Shown one piece after another: positions 1 to 13,735 of a stretch of 64,000 nucleotides of DNA. A program made the translations under genes and the position numbers. Under the pieces are notes generated by a model that saw nothing but the letters and a program-made list of their open reading frames with translations, did not search any database and was not told the DNA's origin. Origin of the DNA: Macrostomum lignano (taxonomy: Eukaryota). Location of the stretch: contig NIVC01001462.1 in the NCBI GenBank assembly GCA_002269645.1, forward strand, positions 62,001 to 126,000. The letters run 5' to 3'. Position 1 is the first letter of the stretch; the number at the start of each line of letters is the position of its first letter.

Positions 1-411
1 TTGCATGATGAACGCAGAAAATTAAAACAAAAAATTTAATTGCTCTCCTGTTTTGAGTGCATTGTACATTATCGATATAATTTTCTATTTTCAACGGATT
101 AAAGCCGTCGCTTAAGTATCGCTTGCGATTGTGACTGAATTTCCTTATTTAAAATAGCAATGAAGATTCACCGGAGCTACTTATAGTAAGTAAGTTGTAG
201 TTTTGGCCAGTATTTCACACTTACTTCACACCAATGCAAGGTTAATTAGGGCGGACAGAACATAGGAAAGCAGCCAAGTGATTAAAAATTTGCGCATAGG
301 GTACTCGTAGATGTACATTGGGGAGCAGTCGTGGAGTAATATTAGTTAAAAACAATTTGGCCAATCATTGTTACTAGCGGAATTTATTGATATAGATAAT
401 ATTAACTGCAG

Positions 412-614
412 GGGCTGTGAGCACCCTGACGCTATACGCCTTTGGAGACATCGTCTCAAAACCCTTCGAGGCGGTGAAATGTGAGATCGTTTTGCCCATT
501 CTACTGACTCCTGGGCACAAACAGGCTGTCATTTTAGCGCCGCAGGCACTCATGTTGGTGCTGCATGCAGACGCTGTTTTGTTGCAACAACAACAACAAA
601 ATACGCTGTCATGA
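412..614 (+). other. Possible terminal coding exon of a gene starting left of the window, C-terminus altered by the LINE insertion
   Basis: Acceptor-like TTAACTGCAG ends at 411 and is followed by an open frame (AVSTLTLYAF...HADAVLL). No recognisable homology. Confidence 0.25.
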
Positions 615-1500
615 TGGTAAAAGTCAGCGTCACAGGGCGCGCTTCATGGCTTGGGCGCGAACAAAGGCCGCGCCACCGGCAGTGTCCGGGGCGCCGGCGT
701 CAGCCAGCAGACAGTCGACGTAACGCCGAGTTCGCGCTTGACCTCGCCGGTAGGGTGCCTGCAGCGTGAGCAGCAGCACCTCCTGCACCGGCTGTGGGCA
801 GTACGACTCGGCGCGGATGAGATGGCCTGCGAGCTGGAGTCGCCGACGGCGCAGTAGATCACTTGGACGTGGCAGGCCAGCGCGGCGATAGAGTGCCGCG
901 TTGGTGACTCGCTCGACGCCGATGTTGAAGGCGGCGCGCAGCAGACCAGCGTGCGCCGCATCGACTTGCTGTTCGAGTGAGTCCGTCAGCGTCCAGGTCT
1001 CGGCGTTGTACAGCAGGACGGTCTCGATTACCGCCTGGAACAGCGCCGCCCTCTGGCGGTCCGGTAGGGCCTCGGACTGCAGGACTGCCCTCACAGAACG
1101 AAAGGCAGCCCAGGCAAGCCCGCGGCGGCGTCGCAGGTCCTCGCGAGCGTCTGGAACCAGACCGCCGAGGTAGACGAACTGCTGACATCGCGGGAGTTCG
1201 GTCGCCTGCCCGTCAGCGCCTCGGCAAAATATTGCAGCCTCGATGTCGTCCGGCACGCAGAGCACAACGGTCTTCTGCGTGTTGACCACCTGGCCGACAC
1301 TCGCCGCAACGGCAACCAGCCTGTCCAGCTGCCGTTGGGCGCCCTCGACGGTCGAGGACAGCAGGGCGAGGTCGTCGGCGTAGTCAAGCACGCTGAGCCG
1401 CTTCTCCGGTTGACGTCGACCCACGCGTCGCTGCAGCAGAAAACCGTCGTCGTCGGTAGGAAGAGCAGTCCGCAGCACCCAGTCAAGCACCAGGACGAAC
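586..1500 (-). mobile_element. 5'-truncated non-LTR retrotransposon (RT C-terminal half, RTE-like)
   Basis: ORF 630-1490 has FVLVLDWVL...YADDLALL...VYLG...LLYNAETWTLT, typical of a non-LTR RT. It has a (TTG)n 3' tail and an 8-bp TSD TTTGTTGC at 578-585 and 1501-1508. Confidence 0.9.
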
Positions 1501-2420
1501 TTTGTTGCCCTGAAGCATAATTATTTATTTCCATAACGGGTAAACAAGGTATAGGGAAACAAAGCATTGGCATGTCCCCCATAGGTTTTACTGGTGGACA
1601 TGTCCCCCTGTCCCCCCCCCCGGTGGCGACGCCTGAGTCTGGCCATAGACAAATTCAATTCGAGAAACCTTCGGTCTATAAAAAAACCTAAATAATAGTG
1701 TAAAACGGTGTCTTTGATAGTCTACATCAGCTACTACTATAAAGTCTACTAAAAAGGGGAATAATTTTACCATCCAGCCAATGGATATATGATCAGCGGT
1801 GGTTCGGGCTACCGGCGCTCGGCTACCGGCGCTCGCCAGACAATCGTTGTCACGCACTGCGACCGCTGATTATTTGCATTGTTTTTCTGTTTGACGATCC
1901 TACAGACAATGCATTGTTTGTAGCAATGGATTGTTCTGCATTAAAAATGTGAATAATGATCGTCAAATTGCTAAGCAATGCAAATTGTCTAATAGTCAAC
2001 CTATAAGCGTCTTAGAAATTGAAGAAATCGATGCATTAGCCACCATTACGAGTGAAAAAACTACAAGCGACGCCAATTTCGTGGCAATGGACACTATAGT
2101 TCCGCATTGTTTTACAGCTGCAATTGTCTTTCTTGATAGAATGGAAGAAAGCCGTCACAGAACCACGCCCAGGAAACTCAGCTTCCTATTCAGCTGAGTT
2201 GAAATAAAACAAAAAAACGGACACGAGTTCGGAAGCGTGCTTCCGTGCAACGGTCCTGCCGAGCGGCTCTGTAGCTTAAGGTTGGTGTTGGCAAGAAAAC
2301 TGCATAAATTAAGAAGCTAAAAGAAACTGTAATAGACCAGAAAAAATTGAAGAGATTCTAAATCACTTGATTGCAAATAAACTTGTTTTAATTCTGCAAT
2401 TTCACAACGTTTTTACTGAG

Positions 2421-3575
2421 ATGTCAGGCTTTCTTCTCTTGCTGTGCTGCCTGAGCTCCGCAACCGCAGCCCCGGTTGCCAGACTGCTGTCATTCAGCAA
2501 ATTTAATGGGTGCCCAACTCTGTCTGCCGCTCTGCTGTCGAACCGACTCACCAACGAGCTGCTGTGCGCCTCCTCCTGCTCCCGACTGCTCACCTGCAAC
2601 GCATTCCACTTCGACATCAGCACCGGCCAGTGTTACCATGGAGACGCGTGTTCCCGGCTCGAGCAATGGACTGACGGCGACTGCGACTCTTACAAGTACA
2701 CCGATATGCTGTGCGGAGATTGCGGTGCGCGGCTCATATATTAGTGACTCCTAGTAACCAGACTGTCTATCACTCAAATCTAACAATTCAGATCATAATC
2801 GCATTTACAGATGTGCAAAAGCCAGAACTCACTGAGTTAGGAATGAAGCTGTTCTACAAGTTCTCAAGGAGCGGTCTGCAGAATGAGGCCAATCCGAGGC
2901 TGTTCTGTCTGACTGCTCACAATGTATCAGTCGATGCAGAAGGTGCTCACTTTGAGGGTTACCTTCACTCATACCTGAGTGCTGAGACTCCCGGATTTGA
3001 CAAGCTGTTGGCGTATGGATCAGAGTTTTCAGCCTTTGTCCAAGTGAGGCACATCTTTGATGGAAGGTGAGGTCGGATTGTATAATTTTGCGCCTAATGA
3101 ATTCAAAATTATATACTTGTAAAAGTGGTCCGTCTTTAACTGATTTCATTTCAGATGGAAATTCTATCTGCGATTTTTAAATTCATCCGGTGCGTATGGC
3201 AACTATTTATATTCTCTAGGCAACAGGATACGCAACATGAATGTCTCAATGAGAAGCGGTGACAGAAATTTTCGTATCGGTTCTGTATCAGCCCCCGCCT
3301 TGCCCATTGATGGTCTGCACCGAGTGAACTCAATTGGGATTTCATTCAACGGCAGCTATACTCAGCATTTTGTGAACGGATCCATCGTTGGTTCCTGGAC
3401 TAGCGCAAAATTTCCAGCCCCTAATTATTTTTCGAGCTCGTTCGAGCGACTGCATCTGGGCCAGGGTCTCTCTGATTACTATAGCTGGAACGGAAGCATG
3501 ATCTGCTTCGGACTCGGCCAGAAAGTGCTCAGTCAGTACGAATTTCAGCAGCTTCAACAACTATGCGAAGACTAA
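2421..3575 (+). CDS. Secreted PAN/apple-like Cys domain protein, paralog 1; exons 2421-2724, 2811-3066, 3155-3575
   Basis: Signal-peptide-like MSGFLLLLCCLSSATA; PAN-like CASSCSRLLTCNAFHFDISTGQC; GT-AG introns with consistent phases (1, 2) join ORFs 2367, 2711 and 3237. Confidence 0.75.
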
Positions 3576-4404
3576 TGACACCGATGACTAACGCTAATAT
3601 ATCGGCATAAAATGAAACTGGTTATGAGTCATGTGATTGGAATTTGAAAAAATAAGTTAGTTAAGCGTTTTGTTATTTTATCATTATTCTTTTGTTTTTT
3701 TTAAACTAACGTGTGAATTTTACTGTGAATTAAAAACCTATAGCTACTGAATCTATTTATTAGATTAAACCTAATATGTTTGACTTTGTTTGCTTGCTTT
3801 TTTGCTTTGTTTTTTATTTACAAAACATTGATTAGTTGGAAATTTCGGGTTTATATTGTCATAAGCATAAATCATACATTTATGACTTGCAATCACGTAA
3901 ATGTACCAGCTAGTATGCAGCTACCAGCCATGCAGTTACCATATCAATTAAAAGAGCTGACTAACCAACTGTCTTTCATCAGTGGTTATAGGCTGACTTA
4001 GACAAAAATTTATCCACCTTGAGAAAACAAAACTCTTGCCCATATTTTGACAGAAAATTCAAACATTTTCTCATTATTTAAATGAAAATATATAATTTTA
4101 CATGCGAACTGATAACCCTGTCAACGGGAAGGGTGCGGCCTACAAGGTTATCAGTCATTTATGAAGTCCGATTTTCAAAGGCTGATTAAAATCAGTGGTA
4201 GCTGGTGGCTCCATTTCACTAATGCAATTCGACTCAAAATTTTGATTCACTTTGATAAATAAGTATTGTAAATATGAGTTTATTCGTTTACAGACTGGAG
4301 TACTTGCAAAAACCCTTACCAACCTTACTTACCCTACCAACAGCCAACAAAAAACCCTTACAGACAACTTTTTTATCAAACTATTCTTGTTTACAGATAA
4401 GACA

Positions 4405-4756
4405 TTTTTTATTAGAGGCAGGGTCCTGTGTGCACCTCTGCGTATAAGCGACATTGTCGCACAACCGGTGAGAGGCATAACTGCCCATTCCGCCGACTCG
4501 CCTGAGCAGGCACACAAGCGCACCAATGCGTACGCAGTCATACGCACAGGCACCACTCACACAGGAGTGTACAGCGGCCCTAACTTTATTTTATCGTTAG
4601 GCATGTACACTTCACTGTGCCTTGGGGGTTGGCCCTCAAGGCCGTTAACTGCACGAGCAGAGCTGCAGCCGAGATTCCAATTTAGCCCCAAATTAATGTG
4701 ACTGCACTTGGTATCGAGCCTGGGCCGCTAGCACACCAGAGCGCCGCTCCAGACCA
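4405..4756 (-). mobile_element. tRNA-derived SINE family A
   Basis: On the minus strand: tRNA-like head with B-box-like GGCTCGATACC and an AATAAAAA tail. Homologous copies at 33910, 34137 and 60612, plus a fragment near 8320-8375. Confidence 0.75.
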
Positions 4757-5468
4757 AATAAATAACTATTAAGGACTTACTCTAAGATCAATAACTGCAT
4801 CAAAATGACCCAGTGAGTAACAATCATAAAAATGATGAGTTTATGCTTCAGGTGCTGTTTGGTAGGTGGCGCTCGTTGCGTTAAACCCTTGCCAGCTGAA
4901 TCGATGCCGTAGTCTCTAGATTCTTAAACTGAAGTCTAAAGACAGTAAGTCTACAAGCTCCTCGTTTCAACATATCCCACTGTAATTTTCACTGCAGAAA
5001 CATCAGCTAAACAATAGCTTACAATGTACCTCAATGCAGAAAACTTGCAATGTAAAACAAAGTTTGGCAAATGCAAAACAACCCGTCAATCAAACCAGAG
5101 GCTTTATAGATATGGCTCAGAGACCCAGGCATTGTTGAAAACATCGAGCCTGACAAAAGCTTTTTCCAAGCTAACAGCTAAACCAGCAATGCTAGGTAGG
5201 CATTTCAACGCAAGAATGAGTCGAACGCAGTGGGAAACAAAACCCTGAAAAAAATAAACGCTGCACGCTCCGGAAAACGGTTCAGTTTCACACAACCGTA
5301 GCTGGCATTGAATCCGGACCGACTGCAATACATTCAACAACATAGAGTTCTCTATTGGCACCACTGAAGCGCATAGATAATCCAACTTGACACAAAGGCT
5401 ATAAAGATGTGTCGCATAGCCAGCAAAGAGTCGGGGATATTGACATAATCTACTACTACCGGTAAATC

Positions 5469-6637
5469 ATGCTCATCTGGCTGCTCTGTCTGAGTTCGGC
5501 AGCCGCCGCAGCCTCCAGCTCGTCGCAGTGCCCCTCCCTAGTTGCCAGGCTGTCATTCCGCAAGTTCCGCCAGTGCCCGACGCAACACGCCGCTCCGCTG
5601 CCGCACCGCCTGACCAGCGAGCTGCAGTGCGTTGCCATCTGCTCCCGACTGCGCACCTGCAACGCATTCCACTTCGACATCAGCACCGGCCAGTGTTACC
5701 ATGGAGACGCGTGTTCCCGACTCGGGCAATGGACTGACGGCGACTGCAACTCTTACAAGTACGCCGATGTGCTGTGCGGAGACTGCGGTGAGTGCGGCGT
5801 TATTCAAATTTACCTGCGTGTTGCCTTACACCTAGAATTATCGAATTAATTGCATTTCAGATGTGGCGGAGTCAGTGTTCACTAAGTTAGAGATGAAGCT
5901 GTTCTACAAGTTCTCAAGAAGCGGTCTCCAAAATGAGGTCAATCCGAGACGGTTCTGCCTCAAGACTCAAAATGTGACGGTGGATGCAAGAGGTGCTCAC
6001 TTCGAGGGCCATAATGACTCGTACCTGAGTACTGAGACTCCCGAGTTCCACAAGCTGATCGCATATGGCTCGGAATACTCGGCATTTCTTAGAGTTCGAC
6101 ATGTTTTCGACGATGGGTGAGCGAAATGCTTCATGCAGAGTAACTTAAAATAAATTTTTAATAACCATCGCGGGAAATTTCCATCTGAATTTCAGCCAAA
6201 CAACCTATTTTTCCTTTCTGAATCGTGACGACCCGTCATCTGTGGGGAGCATGCTCCAAAAAAGGGTTGACAACATCTTCAGCGTTACCATTTTCAAACA
6301 ACTGACGAACTCAGGAACTGAGGAGTTTGGACTGCTGTTCAATTCGACGCAGGCCCTGCCAGTGGACAATGCGCGGCACGAATTGTCGTTTGGAATCGCT
6401 TTCAATGGGACAACGTCTCTGCGTTTTTACACGAACGGCTCCACCGTAGAGGTTGGTGCAAATAGCAAAACAGCAAGCCTGTCATATTCCAAGAGCCTGT
6501 TTGACTCTTTGCGACTCGGCTATGGTCCGATAAATGCCAAGAGCTTGAACGGCACCCTGCTGTGCTACGGATTCAGCAGCAAGGCGCTGAGCCCGACCGA
6601 GTTTCAAAGGCTGGAGCTGCTGTGCAATGAAGATTGA
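5469..6637 (+). CDS. Secreted PAN/apple-like protein, paralog 2; exons 5469-5787, 5861-6116, 6196-6637
   Basis: Same exon structure and phases as paralog 1; near-identical CSRLRTCNAFHFDISTGQCYHGDACSRL and MKLFYKFSRSGLQNE segments. Confidence 0.75.
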
Positions 6638-7449
6638 GTTTTGGAGCAACCAAACAAAATGGCAAAATGGCGAAACTGACAATAAAAACACTAACAATAA
6701 CCACAAAATTAACAATAACAATGACAACAGGTTACGCTGAAAAAACAGCTGCATTACAGGGCCCCGCTAAATTATTGTCAGAAAATTCGTTTCCACCCGT
6801 TAATCAGTTTTTTCATCAGTCTACAAACATTAATCAATTGCAAGTATTGCATGGGTCATCTTGGGAGCCTGGTGTACAACTAAACCAAACGTTTTGAGGC
6901 AATTATATTCAGTGACAGAAAACGTTAAAAGAGTTTTTAAAATAGATTTAAGAGTTTCTGGGGCGTTACAAGCGTAGAAGCTTGCAGTGCAGAACCTGCA
7001 ATCGATTTTTACAAGCCTTTTACAAGAAAAACAAGCTACGATACACATGTAGAGTAACCCACATCCATGTAATGATGAGGCAATCGGCCCCATGGTCCTG
7101 TGGCGTACGCGAATGGAACAGGGGGTCCGCGGCCCCCAATCGCTTCTAACAAAAGCTGCCCTACTGGAAAAACTAAATAAATTAAAGAGATAACCAAATT
7201 CGACGAACGACGTCACGGGTGCTCATTTTTGTCATCTCTTGGACGTAGCATCCACCGGTTTAAAAGACGGCGCCGACCATGAGAGTCGTGAGACAGGGAC
7301 GCCCGAAAAGAGACAAGGGCGTCTACCAAAGGGTTTGCGGCCCTGTGTACACGGAAGCTATAATTGGTCTAAATTGTATTTCTGAGCAGAGCACTGAGCA
7401 TTAACGATCCTCAGTTTTCATACATGTAGTTCAGTGACAGCTAATTTGT

Positions 7450-8172
7450 TTGCGGCGTGACTTTCAATTGCTTATTGCTTTAGCCCGAGGGTATTTATGG
7501 GGGTGTCCAATATTAATTTCCGGATACATAGAAATGTATAGGCCGGCGCGTTATCCTGGTGGAGTACATGTAGTTAGGAGCCCGCGATGTCGCATCTTTG
7601 GACGCCTGTCAGCAAGAGCTTGTAGCACTGGAGGACACACGGTCACATACCGCAGTTGGTAGTCACTGTTCGCCGTGTTTCCAGCGGAATAACTGCCGCT
7701 GGACCGCAGCTATGAGCCACGAAAACAACCACCATCTTGAATGGCGAGGCTTCGTGATGAAATCCCGACGGTAGTGGCTAACTGTTGCACGGTTGATCGT
7801 GGATCTTCGTCGATTAGAGCCTGCTCTGCAAAGTTTGCGTCAGTTGTCGAACTTAATTAGCTCGATTTTCATCTTCTGCAAACGATCCGCTCGGCCTCGA
7901 GGAAATTCCGCAAACAAGTCGAAAATGGTTCTTCTTGAAGGTGCTATCCCCAAAGGCTAAGCGAAGCTGCTCTAGGCATTCCGACTGGTTTAGACCAGGT
8001 TTGTAATCCTAATAGGTCTCCAGTGGCATGGATTTTGATTTGGGTGGGTAGGTGGCTTTGAAGCCTTTATATTTTTTTGTATAAGCTAACATGTACAGTG
8101 TTCCGATCTACTCATCACATCACCCAGAGTGCAATGTGTACTGTGGTCCTAAAATTTATTGAACGACCCTCA
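7450..8172 (-). mobile_element. Degenerate, internally deleted mariner element
   Basis: Minus-strand TIR-like TA-TGAGGGTCGTTCAATAAATTTT near 8172. Frameshifted ECLEQLRLAFGDS/APSRRTIFDLFAEF..RGR, IDEDPRSTVQQLATTVGIS and LHQDNAPAY motifs. Confidence 0.7.
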
Positions 8173-8940
8173 TATTCAGCCCAGAATTGCTGCGAAAAAT
8201 TATGTGCGATAGGTAGCAAGGAGCTCCTTGTTGCCCATGCATGTAGAGATTCATATTTGCATCACGGCACTTGGCACCCTGGCACTACGCTTTCAGAGGA
8301 ATCATCCCACACACAGCGGTGAGGCTACATACGCGGCCCTGACTTTCTACTCTCTGGGGGTTGGCCCTCGGGTGTTAAAGTACAAAAACCACTGGCAAAT
8401 TATCGGGCACACAAGCGAATGTTCACTTGGACTATTCTAAAATAAAAGATACGGGCAGCTTTAATACGTCCAACCCTCGCACACCGCTCCCCCACTTCAT
8501 TCCTCAACTCAAAGTCTGCCGCGTCGTTGCTAAGTTGAGTCACTCGCAAAGATTGAGAGACTTTACCTGCGCTCTCAAAAGTGGCGACCACCGACAGAAT
8601 CTTCTGCGATGTTGCTGAGTATAATCAAGGTTTAACACAAAGGAGCGTTCCAAACTTCATCAACAAAGCGTCAAGACAAATATGTCAAAAATTGAATTTG
8701 TCGAATGTTAATTACAGGTGTAAATAACAATTAAACACGAATTTTATTTTTATTTGATAGTTAACGCTTTTAATTATACTTTTACTTACGCAGAAAAAAT
8801 AGTCGGTTCCGTTAATACCGGATCCATAAATATTATATTGAAATGCTTGTTTACCAAATAGAAGAAAAATAGAGCAGCAACATACAAAATGCCAGTTGAA
8901 ATGATAAGCTACTTACAGTAGCTCGTACTTGAATTGAGCT

Positions 8941-11900
8941 TCAGTCAGTATCCATTGCAACCTCGGCATCAGCTCGTCCACCTGCACCGTGGAATCCTTC
9001 AGCCGACAGTAGCAGCCGTCGAACCCGCCGACTGCGCAGCCCGACGAGGGCGCACTCGCCAGTGTCAGCGAAGGCCGGCACAGATACCAGCAGAGTCTCC
9101 TGGCCAGCCGCATCCTTGACCAGCCGATGCCCAAAGCTAGCCTGATTGCCGGCAATGTACAGGTGGGGGCTGAAGTCCAGCAGCAGCGGATCCGACTCGT
9201 AGAATGGAAAACAGCCCAGAGTGTCCGGCGCTGTTGGAGCCAGATGGCGCCAGCGCAGCGTGCCCTCCATCAGGTCCAGTGGATCCCGGATGTTGCTAAA
9301 TTTCTTAACATCTTTCACTGTCTGGCCGCTAGTGGCCAGGATGTGCCAGTCGGCCAGCCGGAACCGATACGGATTAGTGACGAGATTCAGGCTGGAGTAG
9401 CGGCCAGACTGCGGCAGCATGCAGTGATGCAGCGGCTGCTGGGGCAAGAAATAACCGCTGGGATCGAATTCGCCCGGCATCAGATCGACTGGAATCGAGG
9501 CCGCCAGCTCGGACACCAGCGAGTCCAACCGGCTGACGCCTGCGGCGCTGGTCACGGCTGCCTTCTTAGACAGGTACAGAGCTCTGGAGTGCGACTCTTG
9601 GTCCTGAGTACTCTTGGCAAGGCTGTTGCCTGAGTTGGAGGGGCAATTAGTAACAATCATTAGTAATTCTGATAGATTTCATCTAAATATCTGTCAGGTT
9701 GACTTCTTTCCAATGGGTCGCGCAAGCACAATGTGATCTTGGCTGCGACTCAGGAAATGGGTATTGCAACCTGCGCTATCAGAAAATATCCTTTGATGTT
9801 TGCCGCTAATAGCAGTCTCTTCTGGAAGCAGAAATTTGCATTGTTTACTGCAACCATAGGAGCGGCAGGTGAGAGAGAAAATTGCTCAGTGCTCCAGTGC
9901 TCAGCCCAGCAACTGAGGATCTGGGAGGCTGGCCCAGCAACTGAGGATCTGGGAGACTGGCTCAGCAACTGCGGATCTGGGAGGCTGGCCCAGCAACTGA
10001 CACTCTGGGAGGCTGGCCCAGCAGCTGAGGATCTGGGAGGCTGGCTCAGCAACTGAGGATCTGGGAGGCTGGCCCAGCAACTGAGGATCTTGGAGGCTGG
10101 CCCAGAAACTGAGAATATTGGAGGCTGGCTCAGCAACTGACGATCTTGGAGGCTGGCCCAGCAACTGAGGATCTGGGAGGCTGGCCCAGCAACTGACACT
10201 CTGGGAGGCTGGCCCAGCAACTGAGGATCTGGGAGGCTGGCCTAGCAACTGAGGATATGGGAGGCTGACCCAGCAACTAAGGATCTGGGAGGCTGACTCA
10301 ACAACTGAGGATCTGGGAGGCTGACTTAACAACTGAAGATCTGGGAGGCTGGCCTAGCAACTGAGGATCTGGGAGGCTGGCCCAGCAACTGAGGATCTGG
10401 GAGGCTGGCCTAGAAACTGAGGATCTGGGAGGCTGGCCCAGCAACTGAGGATCTTGGAGGCTGGCCTAGCAACTGAGGATCTGGGAGGCTGGCCCAGCAA
10501 CTGAGCATCTGGGAGGCTGGCTCTAGCAACTGACACTCTGGGAGGCTGGCCCAGCAACTGAGCATCTGGGAGGCTGGCTCTAGCAACTGACACTCTGGGA
10601 GGCTGGCCCAGCAACTGAGCATCTGGGAGGCTGGCTCTAGCAACTGACACTCTGGGAGGCTGGCGGAGCTCCAGTCTGGCGGTCCACACAATTATTCTAT
10701 CCTACTATAAGTAGCAAACGCACAGCAAATCACCTGCAATCAGCAGCCGAACAACACTGGCAGCCGACTGTCGCATGCTGTCAGACGGAATCAGACTACA
10801 GGTGAGCCGCTGCACCAGCAGGCGCAGTCTGAGCACATCCTCCGCTGGATCACCCAGGTGCAAACCCGACACAACCGCTAGCCAGATGTCCTGCTCGGGC
10901 TCCGGTTCCAGCGGCGGCCACTGCGGCTGCGGGGCCGGCTGGGCGAACAGGTGCTCCTCTACCTGGGTGTTGATGACCGGGTCGGGACTAGCAACAGAGT
11001 GCACTGAGTACTTTACTGTGACACATTATGCACATGAAATTACGAACTTCAACAACATTCGTTCCCAACGAGCTTTTACGATTGCTTACCTCTTATCTTT
11101 ATATAAGATACCCAATCTGACACTCTCATCTTCATTCACCCCAATCTGACACTCTCATCTTCATTCACCCCAATCTGACACTCTCATCTTCATTCACCCC
11201 AATCTGACACTCTCATCTTCATTCACCCCAATCTGACACTCTCATCTTCATTCACCCCAATCTGACACTCCCATCTTCATTCACCCCAATCTGACACTCT
11301 CATCTTCATTCACCCCAATCTGACACTCTCATCTTCATTCACCCCAATCCCACACTCCCATCTTCATTCACCCCAATCTGACACTCCCATCTTCATTCAC
11401 CCCAATCTGACACTCTCATATTCATTCACCCCAATCCCACACTCCCATCTTCACCCAATCCCACACCCCCATCTTTATTCACCCCAATTCCACACTCCCA
11501 TCTTCATTCACCCCAATCCCACACCCCCATCTTCATTCACCCCAATCCCACACCCCCATCTTCATTCACCCCAATCCCACACTCCCATCTTCATTCACCC
11601 CAATCTGACACTCTCATCTTCATTCACCCCAATCCCACACCCCCATCTTCATTCACCTCAATCCCACACTCCCATCTTCATTCACCCCCAATCCCACACT
11701 CTCATCTTCATTCACCCCAATCCCACACCCCCATCTTCATTCACCCCAATCCCACACTCCCATCTTCATTCACCCAAATCCCACACCCCCATCTTCAAGA
11801 CCGCACACGCACCTGGAAGCGGCCTCTAGCCTCATCCGGCTCTTTGCCCAGCACAGCCAGCACAATGCCAGTCACCAATCGCTCTTTGGCGATGTCGCCA

Positions 11901-12280
11901 ACCAGTTGAATTCGTTGCAGATCGTCCTCCAGGATTAGGCGGTCTTTATCGCTGACACAGCACTCTGGCACAGGTGGTGGCTCTACCTGTTGATCTTCGC
12001 CAATCTCGCTAAGTATGCTGGGCTTCAATGGCATGTCCTTGAACAGGGTGCCAACTACGATGCACCGTTCCCCGGTGACAATTTCTGAGATGCGCCGCAA
12101 CGGCAGGGAAGGCCAACGCTGCCGAGCCAGAGCCTCCAACTGGGCTCGCATCGAGTGCAACCGCTGGGAGTAGACATGGGAATATTGCAGTCGGTAGTTA
12201 CGGTTGCCGGCAGGTATTACGTAATCTGAGCTCAGATTTTCGTAAGGAGCAATCAGGCGTTGAAGCAGTTCAGCTGGCAT
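8941..12280 (-). CDS. POLD2: DNA polymerase delta subunit 2; exons 12280-11813, 10962-10734, 9629-8941 (461 aa)
   Basis: YSHVYSQRL, VGTLFKDMPLKPSIL, LILEDDLQRIQL, VDLMPGEFDPSGYFLPQQPLH, HLAPTAPDTLGCFPFYESDP; in-phase GT-AG junctions. Confidence 0.95.
9691..10665. repeat. ~210-bp unique head plus 28-bp minisatellite (CTGAGGATCTGGGAGGCTGGCCCAGCAA) in POLD2 intron 2
   Basis: Period 28 read directly; head almost identical to 24521-24706. Confidence 0.9.
11111..11795. repeat. 29-bp minisatellite (CCAATCTGACACTCTCATCTTCATTCACC) in POLD2 intron 1
   Basis: Tandem period 29. Confidence 0.95.
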
Positions 12281-12329
12281 GGCTGATGTGTAGCAGAAAT
12301 AATGCAAAACAAGTTGATTATCAGTATAT

Positions 12330-12830
12330 AATGCTTATATACTACTTAATGCTTATATACTACTTAATGCTTGTATACTACTTAATGCTTATATACTACT
12401 TAATGCTTACATACTACTCAATGCTTATATACTACTTAATGCTTATATACTACTTAATGCTTGTATACTACTTAATGCTTATATACTACTTAATGCTTAC
12501 ATACTACTCAATGCTTATATACTACTTAATGCTTATATACTACTTAATGCTTATATACTACTCAATACTTATATACTACTTAATGCTTATATACTACTTA
12601 ATGCTTATATACTACTTAATGCTTATATACTACTTAATGCTTATATACTACTTAATGCTTATATACTACTTAATGCTTATATACTACTTAATGCTTATAT
12701 ACTACTTAATGCTTATATACTACTTAATGCTTATATACTACTTAATGCTTATATACTACTCAATGCTTATATACTACTTAATGCTTATATACTACTTAAT
12801 GCTTACATAATAACTTAATGCTTGTATACT
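12330..12830. repeat. 18-bp minisatellite (ATGCTTATATACTACTTA) upstream of POLD2
   Basis: Tandem period 18; explains the spurious MLIYYL ORF. Confidence 0.95.
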
Positions 12831-12837
12831 ACCTGCC

Positions 12838-13120
12838 CCAATCGGGCAAGATGTGCCGACCGACCGACAGCTCAGCCTCAGCTATTGCGCGGCGCGTACG
12901 GCTGTCCAAGGACTGGGGGAAGGGGGGGGTTGACACGCACACCCTCAATTGCCCCAGCTAATGCTGGCACCCATTTTACAGCTGGGTGAACTGAAGAAAT
13001 ACGGGTACAGAGTTAAGCGTCATGCTCAAGGACACAGATTTTTTTCCAAGTGGGATCGGGAATCGAACCCCCAATCTTCAAGTCGTGAGTCGGACGCTCT
13101 AACCACTAGGCTACAACCCC
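12838..13120 (-). mobile_element. tRNA-derived SINE family B with CORE/MIR-like central domain
   Basis: Minus strand: GGGGTTGTAGCCTAGTGGTTAG (A box)...GGTTCGATTCCC (B box), then GTGTCCTTGAGCATGACGCTTAAC...CAGTTCACCCAGCTGTAAAATGGG. Second copy at 15250. Confidence 0.75.
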
Positions 13121-13735
13121 CTGACTGTTGGATAGAAATAATCGTTGAGCCCATGACAACTGGACATAAGAATAATATCGTTTGCTATCGGAATTATTGG
13201 GGATAAGATCATTGGGCATTAGGGGGGGGGCATTGTCACCACCGTGGTAAATCAACACTCGGAAACGTTTAAAACAATCAAGTCAAGACAAGCAAAGAAT
13301 TCGGCAGAAGCAATGTTTTATTTTTGTTTTTATGTTAGAAAAAATAGAATCTGATTTTTTTGGCTGCTAAACTTGTGCGGTATTTACTCGAGAGTAACAA
13401 TAAGTGATGATGAAGAAAATTAGAACACATCGCAATAACTGGAAGGTTTCATTGATTGAACGCGAATGAACTCTCGAATCGGGATATAGGTTGTACGATG
13501 CGTATCAAACTCTAGGAATGTTTTTTTATTTATACCATAGGCAAAGCTTCGGACTGGAGTAAGCAAGAAAATAACAAGTACTTTTTAAGCTACTAACAGT
13601 AGTTAGTCAGTTGACGATTTAAGAGAGCTTTTTAACAAACTTCAATTATGAATTTTAGTTGTGCAATATTTGCAACACGACAGTCTCAATAGTCTCGTAT
13701 GCTTAATAAGGCATACTCGGTTACAACAGTTTTAT

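Noticed and set aside
1580-1636. GC-rich MITE-like terminus (minus: CAGGCGTCGCCACCGGGGG...GGACATGTCC)
   Set aside because: Only one end is visible; no TSD or partner end.
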